This document shows, in pieces, positions 20,375 through 22,247 of a DNA stretch of 22,247 nt. The DNA is from Octopus sinensis (lineage: Eukaryota). Position 1 is the first letter of the stretch, and each line of letters opens with the position of its first letter. The notes beneath the pieces are model-generated. The model ran no database searches and was not told the DNA's origin. It saw nothing but the letters and a program-made list of their open reading frames with translations. The stretch is taken from NCBI RefSeq assembly GCF_006345805.1, contig NW_021836969.1:1-22247 (forward strand), in the 5' to 3' direction. Both the position numbers and the translations under genes were made by a program.

Positions 20375-20910
20375 GTCGATTCGATCGATCCCAGTATGCA
20401 ACTGGCACTTAATTTATCGATCCCGAAAGGATGAATGGCAAAATTCCACCGCGATAACATTGCCTTTTATCCTTTCGGAGTCGATAAATTAAGTCACAGT
20501 TACGGACTGGGGTCGATGTAATCGACTTAATCCCTTTGTTTGTCCCTGTTTATCCTCTCGATGTTTAGCCCCCTGTGAGCAATAAAGAAATAAATATTTA
20601 ATATTAACATCTTAAAGGCAACGAGCTAGTGGAATCGTTATTATACCGAGCAAAATGGGCTAGCAATATTTCCGTTGAACCTTTATGTTTGGAGATCAAA
20701 TCTCACAAAGATCAGCTTTATTACTGGTTATCTTTTTTAGCTCGATGAAATTAGTACCAGTTCGATGGAATCGAAAACCTATAGTAAAAAGATTTATTAT
20801 TATCCAAAGTGTGGTGAATGCAGCGAGCTAGTTGAATGTTTAGCATGACGGACAAAATGCTTAGCGACGTTTCGTCCGGTGTTACGTTTTGAGTTCAAAT
20901 TCTGCTGAGA
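20375..20910. mobile_element. Second cluster of SINE family A fragments: 20375-20441 (-), 20460-20592 (+), ~20615-20775 (+), ~20820-20910 (+)
   Basis: Same modules as 410-645: ATCCTTTCGG.GTCGATAAATTAAGT, GAGTTCAAATTC and AATAAAGAAATAA. Confidence 0.85.
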
Positions 20911-21239
20911 GGAAAATATAAGATGGTTATAATTGGAGCGCCTTTGATCATAAGGTCTTTATAATCAAATCTAACCTAGGGCTGAAGAAAACATCTTTTA
21001 GGTCACCTCACTCGGCCTACAAAATAGCCAAAAATCGCATTCAAGACACATCCCGCGGATTTTGAAATAAATAAGAAATAACGTGTTGGACAAAATGGAA
21101 TTATGGTCATGTCTGGAAAGTCTGTGGTCATGTGTGTGCTTGATAATGTCTACCCTTGAGTCCAGCAACAATAGGAATCACAGGTACCTCAATATGACGG
21201 TCAACAAGACCTAAGCATCACCTGTAATGAGATAACAGC

Positions 21240-22200
21240 GCCACCACCACGAAAGTTACTACAATATCTTTATGACCTAGACCACCACCACCACAAAAGC
21301 TACTAAAAGTACCATTAACACCAACACCACAATAAGCATCACTACAACAGCCACCATCCCCACCACCCACTGCCACCACCACCAACACCAACAATACAAA
21401 TGCCACCATTATCGCCACCCCCAGCAACACAACTTAACCACCAACACCAGCACTACTGCCGCCACCATTATCACCACAACTACGAATACTACTGCCACCA
21501 CCACGAATAGAACTATCATCCCCAGCTCCATTACTACGACTTCGGCTACCACCAATATTACTATCGCCACAACCGTATCCGCCATTATCAGTGTAGCTGT
21601 CTACAACACCTCCATCATCAACATATCACCCACTGACTACAAAAATCAGACACAACCGCCAATGCCATTATCGCGCAACCCATTACAGCATCCCATCATC
21701 ATCACCACCACCCATTATAGCACCAACACAGTTAATATTACAACCATCAGAGACTCATTCATCAACAACAACAACAATCACATCAACAAAAGCAGTAGCA
21801 ACACCGATACAGCCAACACACCGCACGCCGCTTTATATAATCGCAATGTCATTAAGCTACCACATCGAGTTAGAACAATAATACCAACACAACGCAACGA
21901 CTGCCACCATTGACTTCAACAATACCAATACCAATGATATACCGCCATTACATCAGCACGCCTGCCTGCCGCCACGAACCGTCGACACTACCACCGCCAA
22001 TACACTCAAAGACAACAACAACCATCACAAGCATACGTTATTCAATCTCGTGTGTTTAAACTGAGTTACGTTTCTTACTCTTACTTCTTCTTACTGCTCT
22101 ACCCCCACCAAATACAACAGTTCCATCATCCCCGCCACTACCACCGTACCCGCATATATATCCTCATCTACCTCCACCACCATCCTCTTACTCTGCACCG
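21240..22200. repeat. Old degenerate (ACC/ACT/AAC)n low-complexity tract
   Basis: 3-nt periodicity with strong A/C bias; the ORF track shows no long open frame. Confidence 0.75.
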
Positions 22201-22247
22201 CTAATACTTATCACGCACGGAGTAATTGTTGTCAGTGTGGATTGATC

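Noticed and set aside
20915-21180. Two faintly similar segments (~20920-20995 and ~21100-21172), possibly SINE tails
   Set aside because: Too degenerate to support by eye.
21240-22200. Thr-rich mucin-like coding exon
   Set aside because: No long open frame in the ORF track; consistent with a decayed (ACC)n-type repeat.

Overview
Eukaryotic, AT-rich non-genic (intergenic or intronic) DNA dominated by microsatellites and decayed retroelements. From recollection, the repeat families resemble octopus (coleoid cephalopod) DNA; this is not verified. No host protein-coding exon can be supported, and nearly all ORFs in the track are microsatellite read-through. Supported content: about 20 full or partial tRNA-derived SINE copies of several families; a young 5'-truncated RTE-clade LINE (9973-10726, minus) with an open ORF and a candidate TSD; a second RTE 3' end with a perfect 12-bp TSD (13726-14059); three old tandem copies of an RTE coding fragment (13655-15250, minus); a decayed restriction-like endonuclease domain of an R4/Dong-type LINE (~7800-8432, minus); three copies of a ~550-bp element embedded in (AAT)n; a Helentron-type non-autonomous element; and a probable Penelope-like terminal fragment with a degenerate minimal hammerhead ribozyme. 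I found no convincing new multi-gene system. The most interesting signals are mechanistic: a poly(A) inside an RTE 3'UTR 25 nt after AATAAA, a templated snap-back 5' junction, a LINE-derived tandem array, fold-back fusions and the hammerhead motif.
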